DNA of 64,000 bases from Collinsella sp. UBA6357 (GTDB lineage: Bacteria > Actinomycetota > Coriobacteriia > Coriobacteriales > Coriobacteriaceae). This document shows, one piece after another, positions 51,798 to 61,096 of this stretch. The notes under the pieces were generated by a model. It saw only the letters and a list, made by a program, of their open reading frames with translations, had not been told where the DNA came from and searched no databases. How positions within the stretch are numbered: the stretch's first letter is position 1; the number at the start of each line of letters is the position of its first letter. Made by a program: the position numbers and the translations under genes. The stretch is taken from the NCBI GenBank assembly GCA_002437815.1, contig DJRP01000028.1:41471-105470 (forward strand), read 5' to 3'.

Positions 51798-52964
51798 ATG
51801 ACCTGTCTCAACCATGCACTCGATCGCAGACATTTTCTAGGCGGTGTCGCCGCGCTTGGCAGCACCGCGCTGCTCGCTGGCTGCTCTTCGGGGGCGACGG
51901 ATGACGGTTCCGGCTCCGATGACGGATCGTTCAAGATCGGTATGATCGGCCCTCTTACGGGCGCGGCGGCCACTTACGGCGTCTCGGCCGAGCAGGGCGC
52001 CAAACTCGCCGTCAAGGACTTCTCGACCAAGTCGCTTAAGCTCGTGCTTAAATCCGAGGACGATGTCGCCGACGGCGAGAAGGCCATCAATGCGTTCAAC
52101 ACGCTTGCCGACTGGGGCATGCAGGCGCTTGTGGGCCCTGTTACCACCGGTGCGGCCGTTGCCGTCTCGGGCGAGATCTCCGATGACATGCTCATGATCA
52201 CGCCGTCGGCATCCTCGCTCGATGTCACCAAGGGCAAGTCGACGGTTTTCCAGGTGTGCTTTACCGACCCCACGATGGGCACGAGCGCCGCTAAGTTCTT
52301 GGCGGAGAAATACGCTGACCAAAAGATCGCCCTGTTCTACAACGCGGGCGACACCTACAGCTCGGGTGTGGCGGACGCCTTTGCCGCGCAGGCCAAGAAG
52401 TCCAAGCTCGACGTCGTGGCGACGGAGACCTTCAAAGACGATTCGTCCACAAGCTTCACCACGCAGCTCACCTCGGTCAAGGAGGCCGGTGCCACGCTCA
52501 TCTTTGCACCGATTTACTACACGCCCGCCTCGGTTCTGCTTAAAAATGCGAGCGACATGGGCTACGACATGACGCTCATGGGCACCGACGGTATGGACGG
52601 TTTGCTTTCGGTCGAGGGCTTCGACACTTCGCTTGCCGAGGGCGTGCTGCTCATGACCCCGTTCTCCGCCGATGACGAGAAAAACGCCGACTTCGTCAAG
52701 GCGTACCAAGATGAGTACGGCGAGACGCCCAACCAGTTCGCCGCCGACGCCTACGATTGCGTGCATGCCATCGTCGAGGCGATCGATAAGGCCGGTATCG
52801 ATACGGCGGGCGCGGGATCCGATATCGCCACGGACCTTGCGAAAGCGATGCGCAAGATCAAGATCGACGGGTTGACCGGTGAGCTTTCGTGGAACGACAA
52901 GGGTCAGGTCGAGAAGCCCGCCACGGCCTATGTCATCCAGGACGGCAAATACATCGCGGCGTAG
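51798..52964 (+). CDS. Liv-type (PBP1) ABC substrate-binding lipoprotein, paralogue 1
   Basis: The twin-arginine plus lipobox signal is DRRHFLGGVAALGSTALLAGC. FKIGMIGPLTGAAATYG is present. The start is ATG 51798. Confidence 0.8.
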   Translation: MTCLNHALDRRHFLGGVAALGSTALLAGCSSGATDDGSGSDDGSFKIGMIGPLTGAAATYGVSAEQGAKLAVKDFSTKSLKLVLKSEDDVADGEKAINAFNTLADWGMQALVGPVTTGAAVAVSGEISDDMLMITPSASSLDVTKGKSTVFQVCFTDPTMGTSAAKFLAEKYADQKIALFYNAGDTYSSGVADAFAAQAKKSKLDVVATETFKDDSSTSFTTQLTSVKEAGATLIFAPIYYTPASVLLKNASDMGYDMTLMGTDGMDGLLSVEGFDTSLAEGVLLMTPFSADDEKNADFVKAYQDEYGETPNQFAADAYDCVHAIVEAIDKAGIDTAGAGSDIATDLAKAMRKIKIDGLTGELSWNDKGQVEKPATAYVIQDGKYIAA

Positions 52965-53241
52965 CGGCCGCGAAAGAGGACTTTCAACCCGCGGGGTGTT
53001 TAAACACGGCAAGGTGTCTTGTAACAAAATGGAAACATTACTTTCACACATTAAAGTGCCAAAACTTGCATAAATATCGCTAGATATAAGAATTCCTGAA
53101 TATTTGCGTCTAACGAGAAATTAATTCGAAATAGACGGCACTGTCGCAGGCTAAAGCGTCTACTATTTTGCGAACGCCGAACACGGCGCAGGATGGTTTG
53201 TCGGGCAAAGAACGCCCGACGAGAATTGAGAGGAGAGCCGC

Positions 53242-54435
53242 ATGTCGAGCCTCACCGGTAAGTCATTCAACCCTGTTATGAATCGCAGGAGCGTTATCGC
53301 GAGCGCAGCAGGTCTGGGGGCTACGGCTATTCTAGCCGGTTGCTCCTCCAACGGCGGAGATTCCAAGTCCGGTTCCGCTTCCGAGGGCGGTACCTTCAAG
53401 ATCGGCACCATCGGACCGCTGACCGGTGCCGCCGCCTCCTACGGCAAGTCCGTCACCCAGGGCGTCGAGCTCGGTTGCAAGGACTTCTCCACCAAGAGCC
53501 TGAAACTCACCAGTAAGGCCGAGGATGACGTCGCCGACGGCGAGAAGTCCGTCAACGCCTTCAATAACCTCTGCGACTGGGGCATGCAAGCTCTTGTCGG
53601 CCCCACCACCACCGGTGCGTCGGTTGCCGTCGCCGAGGAGTGCGCCAAGGACCCCAAGATGTTCATGATCACCCCGTCCGCGTCCTCCACGGACGTCACC
53701 AAGGGCAAGGACAACGTCTTCCAGGTCTGCTTCACCGATCCCAACCAGGGCGTCAACGCCGCCAAGTTCCTTGCCGACAAGTATCCCGACGAGAAGTACG
53801 TCCTGTTCTACAACTCCGGCGACGCATACTCCTCGGGTATCGCCGACGCCTTCAAGGCCCAGGCAAAGAAGTCTAAGCTTGAGGTTGTTGACGTGGAGAC
53901 CTTCAAGGACGATTCCGCCACCAGCTTCACCAACCAGTTGACCAAGGCCAAGGAGGCTGGCGCCACCATGATCTTCGCGCCAATCTACTATACTCCGGCG
54001 TCTGTCCTGCTCAAGAACGCCAAGGACATGGGCTATGACGTCAAGATGATGGGTTGCGACGGCATGGACGGCATCTTGGGCGTCGAGGGCTTCGATACCT
54101 CTCTCGCCGAGGGCCTGCTGCTCATGACCCCGTTCTCCGCCGACGACGAGAAGAATGCTGACTTCGTCAACGCCTATAAGGACAAGTACGGCGAGACGCC
54201 CGACCAGTTTGCCGCCGATGCCTATGATGGCGTGCATGCCGTGGCCGAGGCTCTGAAAGAGGCCGGCCTGGGTGCTGATGCCGATGCGACCGAGGTGGCC
54301 GAGAAGCTGTCCGAGGCTATGCGCAAGATCAAGGTCGAGGGCCTCACGGGCAACCTTTCCTGGAACGATAAGGGCCAGGTGCAGAAGGATCCCACGGCTT
54401 ATGTCATCACCGACGGCAAGTACGTACAGGCCTAA
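53242..54435 (+). CDS. Liv-type (PBP1) ABC substrate-binding lipoprotein, paralogue 2
   Basis: The signal is NRRSVIASAAGLGATAILAGC. The protein is colinear with paralogue 1 along its full length, with many identical blocks (FQVCFTDP, IFAPIYYTPASVLLKNA, LLMTPFSADDEKNADFV). Confidence 0.8.
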   Translation: MSSLTGKSFNPVMNRRSVIASAAGLGATAILAGCSSNGGDSKSGSASEGGTFKIGTIGPLTGAAASYGKSVTQGVELGCKDFSTKSLKLTSKAEDDVADGEKSVNAFNNLCDWGMQALVGPTTTGASVAVAEECAKDPKMFMITPSASSTDVTKGKDNVFQVCFTDPNQGVNAAKFLADKYPDEKYVLFYNSGDAYSSGIADAFKAQAKKSKLEVVDVETFKDDSATSFTNQLTKAKEAGATMIFAPIYYTPASVLLKNAKDMGYDVKMMGCDGMDGILGVEGFDTSLAEGLLLMTPFSADDEKNADFVNAYKDKYGETPDQFAADAYDGVHAVAEALKEAGLGADADATEVAEKLSEAMRKIKVEGLTGNLSWNDKGQVQKDPTAYVITDGKYVQA

Positions 54436-54466
54436 TCGACCGCCTTACATAGTGCGGTTTTGAGTC

Positions 54467-54498
54467 CAAGCAGGAAAGGTCCGAGCCTTTCCTGCTTG
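54467..54498 (+). promoter_or_regulatory. Strong intra-operon hairpin between the binding-protein gene and the permease genes
   Basis: A perfect 13-bp stem CAAGCAGGAAAGG (54467-79) / CCTTTCCTGCTTG (54486-98). There is no T-run, so it is probably an mRNA stabiliser or partial terminator. Confidence 0.5.
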
Positions 54499-54574
54499 CT
54501 TCATATCGGGGGGCGGTGTAACGCCTCTGTTTCAGAAACGTATCTGTAACCAATTCGAAAGGGGGATGTGGAAC

Positions 54575-55456
54575 ATGACGGTCTTTATCCAATATCTGGT
54601 CAACGGCCTGTCCATGGGCAGCGTTTACGCCATCATCGCGTTGGGCTACACCATGGTGTACGGCATCGCCAAGATGCTCAACTTCGCCCATGGCGATGTC
54701 ATCATGGTCGGCGCCTACGTCTCGTTCTGCGCAACGTCCTATATCGGTCTGCCGGGCTGGGTCTCGGTGATTCTGTCCTGCGTGGTCTGTACCGTGCTCG
54801 GTGTGCTCATCGAGGGCTTGGCTTACAAACCGCTGCGCCAGGCCGGTCCGCTCGCCGTTCTCATCACCGCTATCGGCGTCTCCTACTTTCTGCAGAACGC
54901 CGCGCAGCTGCTGTGGGGTGCTACGCCCAAGAACTTCACCTCGCTTATCACGTTCCCGGTGCCTGAGTTCTTGGCACGCTACAACGTGAGCGCCGTTTCG
55001 CTCGTCACCATCTTCGCATGCCTTGTCATCATGGCAGGTCTTATGTTCTTCACGGGCAAGACCAAGATGGGCAAGGCCATGCGCGCCGTGTCCGAGGATA
55101 AGGCGGCGGCGCAGCTCATGGGCATCAACGTCAACCGCACCATCTCGATGACGTTTGCCATCGGGTCGGCCCTTGCCGCCATCGCCGGCGTGCTGCTGTG
55201 CTCCTACTCGCCGGTGCTTCAGCCCACCACGGGTGCCATGCCCGGTATCAAGGCCTTCACGGCCGCCGTCTTCGGTGGTATCGGTTCGATCCCCGGTGCC
55301 TTTGTCGGCGGAATCCTTATCGGCATCATCGAAGCCATGGCACAGGCTTACATCTCCACGAGCCTGGCCAACTCCATCGTGTTCGCCGTGCTGATCGTCG
55401 TCCTGCTCGTCAAGCCTGCCGGCCTCCTGGGCAAGTATGTTCCGGAGAAGGTGTAG
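54575..55456 (+). CDS. livH: Branched-chain amino acid ABC permease LivH-type
   Basis: MTVFIQYLVNGLSMGSVYAIIALGYTMVYGIAKMLNFAHGD is present. Confidence 0.85.
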   Translation: MTVFIQYLVNGLSMGSVYAIIALGYTMVYGIAKMLNFAHGDVIMVGAYVSFCATSYIGLPGWVSVILSCVVCTVLGVLIEGLAYKPLRQAGPLAVLITAIGVSYFLQNAAQLLWGATPKNFTSLITFPVPEFLARYNVSAVSLVTIFACLVIMAGLMFFTGKTKMGKAMRAVSEDKAAAQLMGINVNRTISMTFAIGSALAAIAGVLLCSYSPVLQPTTGAMPGIKAFTAAVFGGIGSIPGAFVGGILIGIIEAMAQAYISTSLANSIVFAVLIVVLLVKPAGLLGKYVPEKV

Positions 55457-56542
55457 GTGTCTCATATGAAATTCCTCAAAGACAAGCAGACCCGTCACGA
55501 CTTCGTGACCTACGGGCTGTGTATCCTGGCGTTTGCCATCGTGTTTTTTATGCAATCAAGCCATATGATTCCGCGCATGATCGCCGGTCAGTTGGTTCCC
55601 ATCACGGCCTATATCGTCATGGCCATCTCGCTCAACCTCGTCGTGGGCGTTGCGGGCGATCTGTCGCTCGGCCATGCGGGCTTTATGAGTGTCGGTGCCT
55701 ATACGGGCATTGTCACGGCCGTGGCGCTCGAGAGCTCCGTTCCCTCCGACCCCATTCGTCTTGTGATCTCCATTGTGGTCGGTGCCGTGGCCGCCGCCAT
55801 CTTGGGTGCGCTCATCGGTATCCCCGTCCTGCGCCTGCGTGGTGACTACCTGGCTATCGTGACCCTCGCTTTCGGCGAGATCATTAAAGAAGTCGTTACC
55901 TGCCTTATCGTCGGTGTCGACTCCAACGGCCTGCACGTGATCTTTAACATCAGCGGCAACTCGACGGTTGACGATCTACACCTGCTGTCTGATGGAACGG
56001 CCATCATCAAGGGCGCTCAGGGCGCCTCGGGTGTGTCGACGTATTCCACGTTTGTCGCCGGCGCCATCTTGGTGCTGATCGCGCTCGTGATCGTGCTCAA
56101 CCTGGTCCGCAGCCGCACCGGTCGCGCCATCATGGCCGTCCGCGACAACCAGATCGCAGCCGAGTCCGTCGGCATCTCCGTCACCAAGTATCGTATGGTC
56201 GCCTTCGTGGTCTCCGCGGCGCTTGCCGGTGCCGCAGGAGCGCTGTTTGGCGGCAACTTCTCGCAGCTGTCTGCTACCAAGTTCGACTTCAACACCTCGA
56301 TCCTCATCCTTGTGTTCGTCGTCCTGGGCGGTCTGGGCAACATGCGCGGTTCCGTTATCGCTGCGGCATTGCTCACCATTCTGCCGGAGGCACTGCGTCA
56401 GTTCTCCGACTACCGCATGCTCATCTATGCCATCGTTTTGATCCTGGTCATGCTGTTCACCAACAACCCACAGCTTAAGGCCATGATCGAGCGGTTCAAA
56501 TCAAAGGGAAAGAAGAAGGAGGTGGCCTGCGATGCCAAGTAA
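55457..56542 (+). CDS. livM: Branched-chain amino acid ABC permease LivM-type
   Basis: SLNLVVGVAGDLSLGHAGFMSVGAY is present. The GTG start directly follows the livH stop. Confidence 0.85.
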   Translation: MSHMKFLKDKQTRHDFVTYGLCILAFAIVFFMQSSHMIPRMIAGQLVPITAYIVMAISLNLVVGVAGDLSLGHAGFMSVGAYTGIVTAVALESSVPSDPIRLVISIVVGAVAAAILGALIGIPVLRLRGDYLAIVTLAFGEIIKEVVTCLIVGVDSNGLHVIFNISGNSTVDDLHLLSDGTAIIKGAQGASGVSTYSTFVAGAILVLIALVIVLNLVRSRTGRAIMAVRDNQIAAESVGISVTKYRMVAFVVSAALAGAAGALFGGNFSQLSATKFDFNTSILILVFVVLGGLGNMRGSVIAAALLTILPEALRQFSDYRMLIYAIVLILVMLFTNNPQLKAMIERFKSKGKKKEVACDAK

Positions 56543-57392
56543 GTTCGAATTCAAGAAGGGCAAGATGGTTCCGTATCCTTCCGGCGCCATCGTCCCCGAT
56601 CGCGATCTGGGGGAGCGCCCCGCACTTGAGTGCATCCATCTGGGCATTGAGTTCGGCGGCCTCAAAGCGGTCGATGACTTCAGCCTTACGATCGGCAAGA
56701 CCGAGATCGCCGGCCTGATCGGCCCCAACGGCGCCGGCAAGACCACAGTTTTCAATCTGCTCACCAAGGTCTATCAGCCTACGCACGGCACGATCCTCCT
56801 CGACGGCGAGGATACCTCCGGCAAGACCGTCAGCCAGGTCAACCGCATGGGTATCGCCCGTACGTTCCAAAACATTCGCCTGTTCGATACTATGTCCGTC
56901 GAGGACAACGTCAAGGTCGGCCTTCATAACCAGGAGAAGTACTCCGGCGTCGAAGGCGTGCTCCGCCTGCCCACGTACTGGAAACATGAGAAGGCGGCCC
57001 ACGAGCGCGCCATGGAGCTGCTCTCTATCTTCGATATGGAGCACCTCGCCAACGAGCAGGCCGGTTCGTTGCCCTACGGCGCCCAGCGACGTCTCGAGAT
57101 CGTCCGCGCCCTTGCGACCAACCCCAAGCTGTTGCTGCTCGACGAGCCGGCGGCCGGCATGAACCCGTCCGAGACGGCCGAGCTCATGGAGAACATCGTC
57201 AAGATCCGCGATACCTTCGGTATCGCGATCATGCTTATCGAGCATGATATGTCGCTCGTCATGAATATCTGCGAGGGCATCTGCGTACTCAACTTCGGCA
57301 AAGTTATCGCCAAGGGTACGGCGCAGGAGATCCAAAACAACGAGGCCGTCATCGAGGCCTATCTGGGCAAGCAGGACAAGGGGGAGAACTAA
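56532..57392 (+). CDS. livG: ABC ATP-binding protein LivG-type
   Basis: Walker A is GPNGAGKTT. LSYG-like LPYGAQRRLEI and LLLLDEPAAG are present. It overlaps livM by 11 nt. Confidence 0.85.
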   Translation: MPSKFEFKKGKMVPYPSGAIVPDRDLGERPALECIHLGIEFGGLKAVDDFSLTIGKTEIAGLIGPNGAGKTTVFNLLTKVYQPTHGTILLDGEDTSGKTVSQVNRMGIARTFQNIRLFDTMSVEDNVKVGLHNQEKYSGVEGVLRLPTYWKHEKAAHERAMELLSIFDMEHLANEQAGSLPYGAQRRLEIVRALATNPKLLLLDEPAAGMNPSETAELMENIVKIRDTFGIAIMLIEHDMSLVMNICEGICVLNFGKVIAKGTAQEIQNNEAVIEAYLGKQDKGEN

Positions 57393-58106
57393 ATGGCAGA
57401 TCCGATGCTTTCCGTCTATAACATCAATGTCTGGTACGGTGCCATCCACGCCATCAAAAACATCTCCTTCGAGGTCAACGAGGGCGAGATCGTGGCGCTT
57501 ATCGGGGCCAACGGCGCCGGCAAGTCGACGACGCTCAAAACCGTTTCGGGGCTTTTGCGCTCCAAGACCGGTTCCATCAAGTTCATGGGCGAGGACATTA
57601 CCCATGCACCGGCAGATAAACTGGTCGGCAAGGGTTTGGCGCAGGTTCCGGAGGGTCGCCGTGCCTTTTTGGAAATGACGGTTGAGGAAAACCTCGAGAT
57701 GGGTGCCTATACGCAACCTAAATCGACCGTCGCCCCGGGTATCGAGCGCGTCTATGATCAGTTCCCGCGCCTGAAGGAGCGCCGTCGTCAGGTTGCCGGC
57801 ACACTTTCGGGCGGCGAGCAGCAGATGCTCGTGATGGGTCGCGCTCTTATGAGCAACCCTAAGCTGCTCATGCTCGACGAGCCTTCTATGGGTTTGGCAC
57901 CGATTCTCATCGAGCAGATCTTCCAGATCGTCGAGGATCTGCACAAGGCCGGAACCACGGTTCTTCTGGTAGAACAGAACGCCCAGATGGCGCTCTCGAT
58001 CGCCACGCGCGGTTATGTACTCGAGACCGGCAACATTACCATGACCGGAACCGGTCAAGAGCTGCTGCACGACGATAACGTGCGCAAGGCCTATCTCGGC
58101 GGCTAA
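57393..58106 (+). CDS. livF: ABC ATP-binding protein LivF-type
   Basis: GANGAGKST, LSGGEQQML and LLMLDEPSMGL are present. It starts right after the livG stop. Confidence 0.85.
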   Translation: MADPMLSVYNINVWYGAIHAIKNISFEVNEGEIVALIGANGAGKSTTLKTVSGLLRSKTGSIKFMGEDITHAPADKLVGKGLAQVPEGRRAFLEMTVEENLEMGAYTQPKSTVAPGIERVYDQFPRLKERRRQVAGTLSGGEQQMLVMGRALMSNPKLLMLDEPSMGLAPILIEQIFQIVEDLHKAGTTVLLVEQNAQMALSIATRGYVLETGNITMTGTGQELLHDDNVRKAYLGG

Positions 58107-58150
58107 CGAGTCGACGCTGCGCGACATTCGAGGTTACATGATGCCATCTA

Positions 58151-58192
58151 AAGGGCGGGGCATGGCCATGGGGTCTGTGCCCCGCCCTTTTC
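58151..58192 (+). terminator. Rho-independent terminator after the liv operon
   Basis: AAGGGCGGGGCA (58151-62) pairs with TGCCCCGCCCTT (58178-89), followed by TTTTC. Confidence 0.8.
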
Positions 58193-58307
58193 ATATCGAT
58201 CTGCACGCTCTCGGCGCCGTTCGCCCCTGTCTGCCCATCTTGGAAATATCCATGCATTGCTATATTGTTCAGCGATGATGAAGGTACGTCTTCCTGGAGG
58301 TCCATAG

Positions 58308-58985
58308 ATGCTGTACGAATTCTGTGCCGAGAACTTCGAACGGGTGCCCGCTGCCATCATGGGCGGTGCCGGGCGCATCGAGCTCTGCGACAACCTCGCC
58401 GTGGGCGGCACGACGCCTTCCATCGGTACCATCCAAATGGTCACTGACTATTGCCATGATCACCAAACGCTCGTGTTCTGCATGGTTCGCCCCCGTGGTG
58501 GGGACTTTTGCTATACCGATGCCGAGCTCGACGTGATGGATCTTGACCTGTGCGCCGCGTGCGGCCTTGGTGTCGATGGTGTCGTATTCGGCTGCGTTGC
58601 GAACAGCAGGGGGTCGAACGTCATCGACGAGCGCGCCCTCAGCCGTCTCATGGAGGCAGTTTCGGATGCCCGCGCCGCTCGCGATGGCGAGACGCTCGGC
58701 ATCACGTTCCATATGGCCTTCGACACCCTTGGGCCGGAGGCCCAACTCGATGCCATCGACATGCTCGCCGACTGCGGTGTCACCCGCGTTCTCACGCACG
58801 GTGGCGCCTCGGGCACGCCGATCGAGGAAAACCTCGGTCATCTCTCCAAACTTATCGAGTACGCTGGGGATCGTCTGACGATTCTGCCGGGTGGCGGCAT
58901 CACCACCGCCAACCGCGATGCGGTCGCCGCGGCGCTCGGCGTGGAAGAGCTCCATGGTACCGGGATCGTTTCTCTGGAGGGCTAG
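58308..58985 (+). CDS. cutC: CutC-family copper homeostasis protein
   Basis: EFCAENFERVPAAIMGGAGRIELCDNLAVGGTTPS and MVRPRGGDFCY are present. Confidence 0.85.
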   Translation: MLYEFCAENFERVPAAIMGGAGRIELCDNLAVGGTTPSIGTIQMVTDYCHDHQTLVFCMVRPRGGDFCYTDAELDVMDLDLCAACGLGVDGVVFGCVANSRGSNVIDERALSRLMEAVSDARAARDGETLGITFHMAFDTLGPEAQLDAIDMLADCGVTRVLTHGGASGTPIEENLGHLSKLIEYAGDRLTILPGGGITTANRDAVAAALGVEELHGTGIVSLEG

Positions 58986-58989
58986 AACC

Positions 58990-59787
58990 ATGGCACTTGT
59001 CTTTGACGTCAAGCAGGCAAGCGGTAAACCCGACGACAACCGCCGTCCGGGGACGTCATGTCCGTTTTGCGACGTCAAGGGGCTGCGGAACATCATTCGT
59101 CGCGAAGGTGACTGTATCTGGCTTCAAAACAAATTCAGGACGTTGCGCGACACCTGTCAGACGGTGCTGATCGAGTCTGCCGCACATGAAGCCGATTTGA
59201 CGTCTTATGCGCCAGATGAGCTGCATCATATCGTGCGGTTTGCCCTCGGCTGCTGGCAGCAGATGATAGATTCGCGCCAGTATCGAAGCGTGCTCATGTA
59301 CAAGAACAAGGGGCCGCTTTCGGGCGGTAGTCTCGTGCACCCACACATGCAGATCGTGGGGCTGAAGCATGAGGACGGTTGCGCGGCATTGAGCTCCAAG
59401 AATTTTTCAGGTATCGACGTTTGGTCTCGCGGACGCGTCTCGGTCAATATCTCGACCGAGCCCATCATGGGTTTTTTCGAGGTCAACATCATGGCGCCGC
59501 AGGGCATAGCCTCAAGTGCTGCAGCGCGCGATATCACCGATACCGACCGGTTCGCCGACGCCATTCAGGCCGCGCTTCGCTACATCCTCGATGAGCATCA
59601 TGGCGGTCAGGCAGAATCCTACAATCTCTTCTTCTACCATATCGATGGCAAGACGATCGCCAAGGCTCTTCCACGCTGGGTGGTTTCGCCTTACTTTGTC
59701 GGTTATCGTCTGGCCCAAGTCAACGCGGAGACCACACTCGATAGAGATGCAGAGGCTCTCTCTGCTCGCCTATCTGTGCTTCGTTAA
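58990..59787 (+). CDS. DUF4931 / GalT-like HIT-superfamily nucleotidyltransferase-type protein
   Basis: The CPFCD zinc knuckle and the HPHMQIV (HxHxQ) motif are present. The start is ATG 58990, 4 nt after the cutC stop. Confidence 0.6.
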   Translation: MALVFDVKQASGKPDDNRRPGTSCPFCDVKGLRNIIRREGDCIWLQNKFRTLRDTCQTVLIESAAHEADLTSYAPDELHHIVRFALGCWQQMIDSRQYRSVLMYKNKGPLSGGSLVHPHMQIVGLKHEDGCAALSSKNFSGIDVWSRGRVSVNISTEPIMGFFEVNIMAPQGIASSAAARDITDTDRFADAIQAALRYILDEHHGGQAESYNLFFYHIDGKTIAKALPRWVVSPYFVGYRLAQVNAETTLDRDAEALSARLSVLR

Positions 59788-59821
59788 GCGCATTGGTGCC
59801 AAGGATGGGCAGAGGGACTCT

Positions 59822-60817
59822 CTATTTGAGTTTGATGCGTGCGGCGTCGACCAAGGCGCGCTGACGCTTGCGCTCTTCGCCGGTCAGCTGTTCGAAAGCG
59901 TGGCCGATCAGTGAGGCCAGGACTTGTTGGAACAAGGTGCCGCACATCACGGGAAAGACGACTTCGCCGGGAAAATACTGTGTGGCGATCACGGCGCCCG
60001 ATGAGATGTTGCGCATGCCGCACGTGAAGGTCATCGTAGTTGTCTCGCTGTAGGGCAGGTGAAGAAGACGCGCTGCCAGCAATCCGACGGCAAAGCCCCC
60101 TATGGCAAAGCACAGGATAAAGAGCGCGACAAGCAGACGCTCGCTATTCATGTGCAGCACGTAGGGGCTCATGGCGGTCGAGTTCGAGGCGATCACGCCC
60201 ATCATCATAAATTTACATGCCGGAGAGAGCGTGGGGGAGAGCTTCTCGTGTCCCCAGCCGTGGGTGAGTTCGTTTACCACGATCCCCAGCACGGCGGGAA
60301 CGGCGATCATAAAGGTCATGTTCTTCATCATGCTCGGCACATCGATCGAGACGGTGGCTCCCAAGAGGAGCTTGAGCGTGAACGGGATCGTCACCGGCGA
60401 GATGACTGACGACGTGAGAATGATGGTGAGGGCGAGCGGGCCGTTTCCGCCGAACATGCTGATCCACATAAAGGCGGTTACCGCCACGGGGACGCTGTAT
60501 TCGAGCACGATGCCGCAGACAAGATTGGGGTTGGAGCCAAAGAGCAACGACCCGAGCGTGTGGGCCGCAAGGGGTATGACGATGCTCGAGACCAACAACG
60601 CAAGAATCAGATGAAGGGGACGACGGAAGACCTCAACCACCTGACGGAAGGTGTTGCTGAGTGCACCTTGAAAGGTCATAAAGGCGAATAGCGTGGGGAC
60701 AATGGGCTTCAAAACACCGATCTGGTGCGGAAGCAGCACGCCGAGCACCACGCAGATCGGCACGATAACCTGCATGTGGCTCGCGAGGTACTTTCCCAGT
60801 CCAATCCATCGCTTCAT
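59822..60817 (-). CDS. Bile acid:sodium symporter (BASS/SBF) family transporter
   Basis: 331 aa and polytopic. MTFQGALSNTF, GIVLEYSVPVAV and CGMRNISSGAVIA fit the SBF-like pattern. Confidence 0.7.
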   Translation of the reverse strand: MKRWIGLGKYLASHMQVIVPICVVLGVLLPHQIGVLKPIVPTLFAFMTFQGALSNTFRQVVEVFRRPLHLILALLVSSIVIPLAAHTLGSLLFGSNPNLVCGIVLEYSVPVAVTAFMWISMFGGNGPLALTIILTSSVISPVTIPFTLKLLLGATVSIDVPSMMKNMTFMIAVPAVLGIVVNELTHGWGHEKLSPTLSPACKFMMMGVIASNSTAMSPYVLHMNSERLLVALFILCFAIGGFAVGLLAARLLHLPYSETTTMTFTCGMRNISSGAVIATQYFPGEVVFPVMCGTLFQQVLASLIGHAFEQLTGEERKRQRALVDAARIKLK

Positions 60818-61096
60818 ATATGTCTGTGGCCCTTTCTATATAAGCTCAAATTTGTATCGATATCCTAGACGTTGGAGTGCGTGAGCGTCGTCGGTATTCC
60901 AGATTGTTTCAAGGCCATTACCGCCTTTATCTATATCGAACGGCCTTGCGACGGCAAAGATCTGAGTCCGTTCGGCACGTTATAATCAATTCGTTCAACT
61001 GATCCGCCTGCCGCAGCAGGCGACAACCTAAAGGACTCACTGCCATGAACCGTGAACTGCATCACGGCGGCCTGCCCCTTTCGGGGGTGGGTGCGC

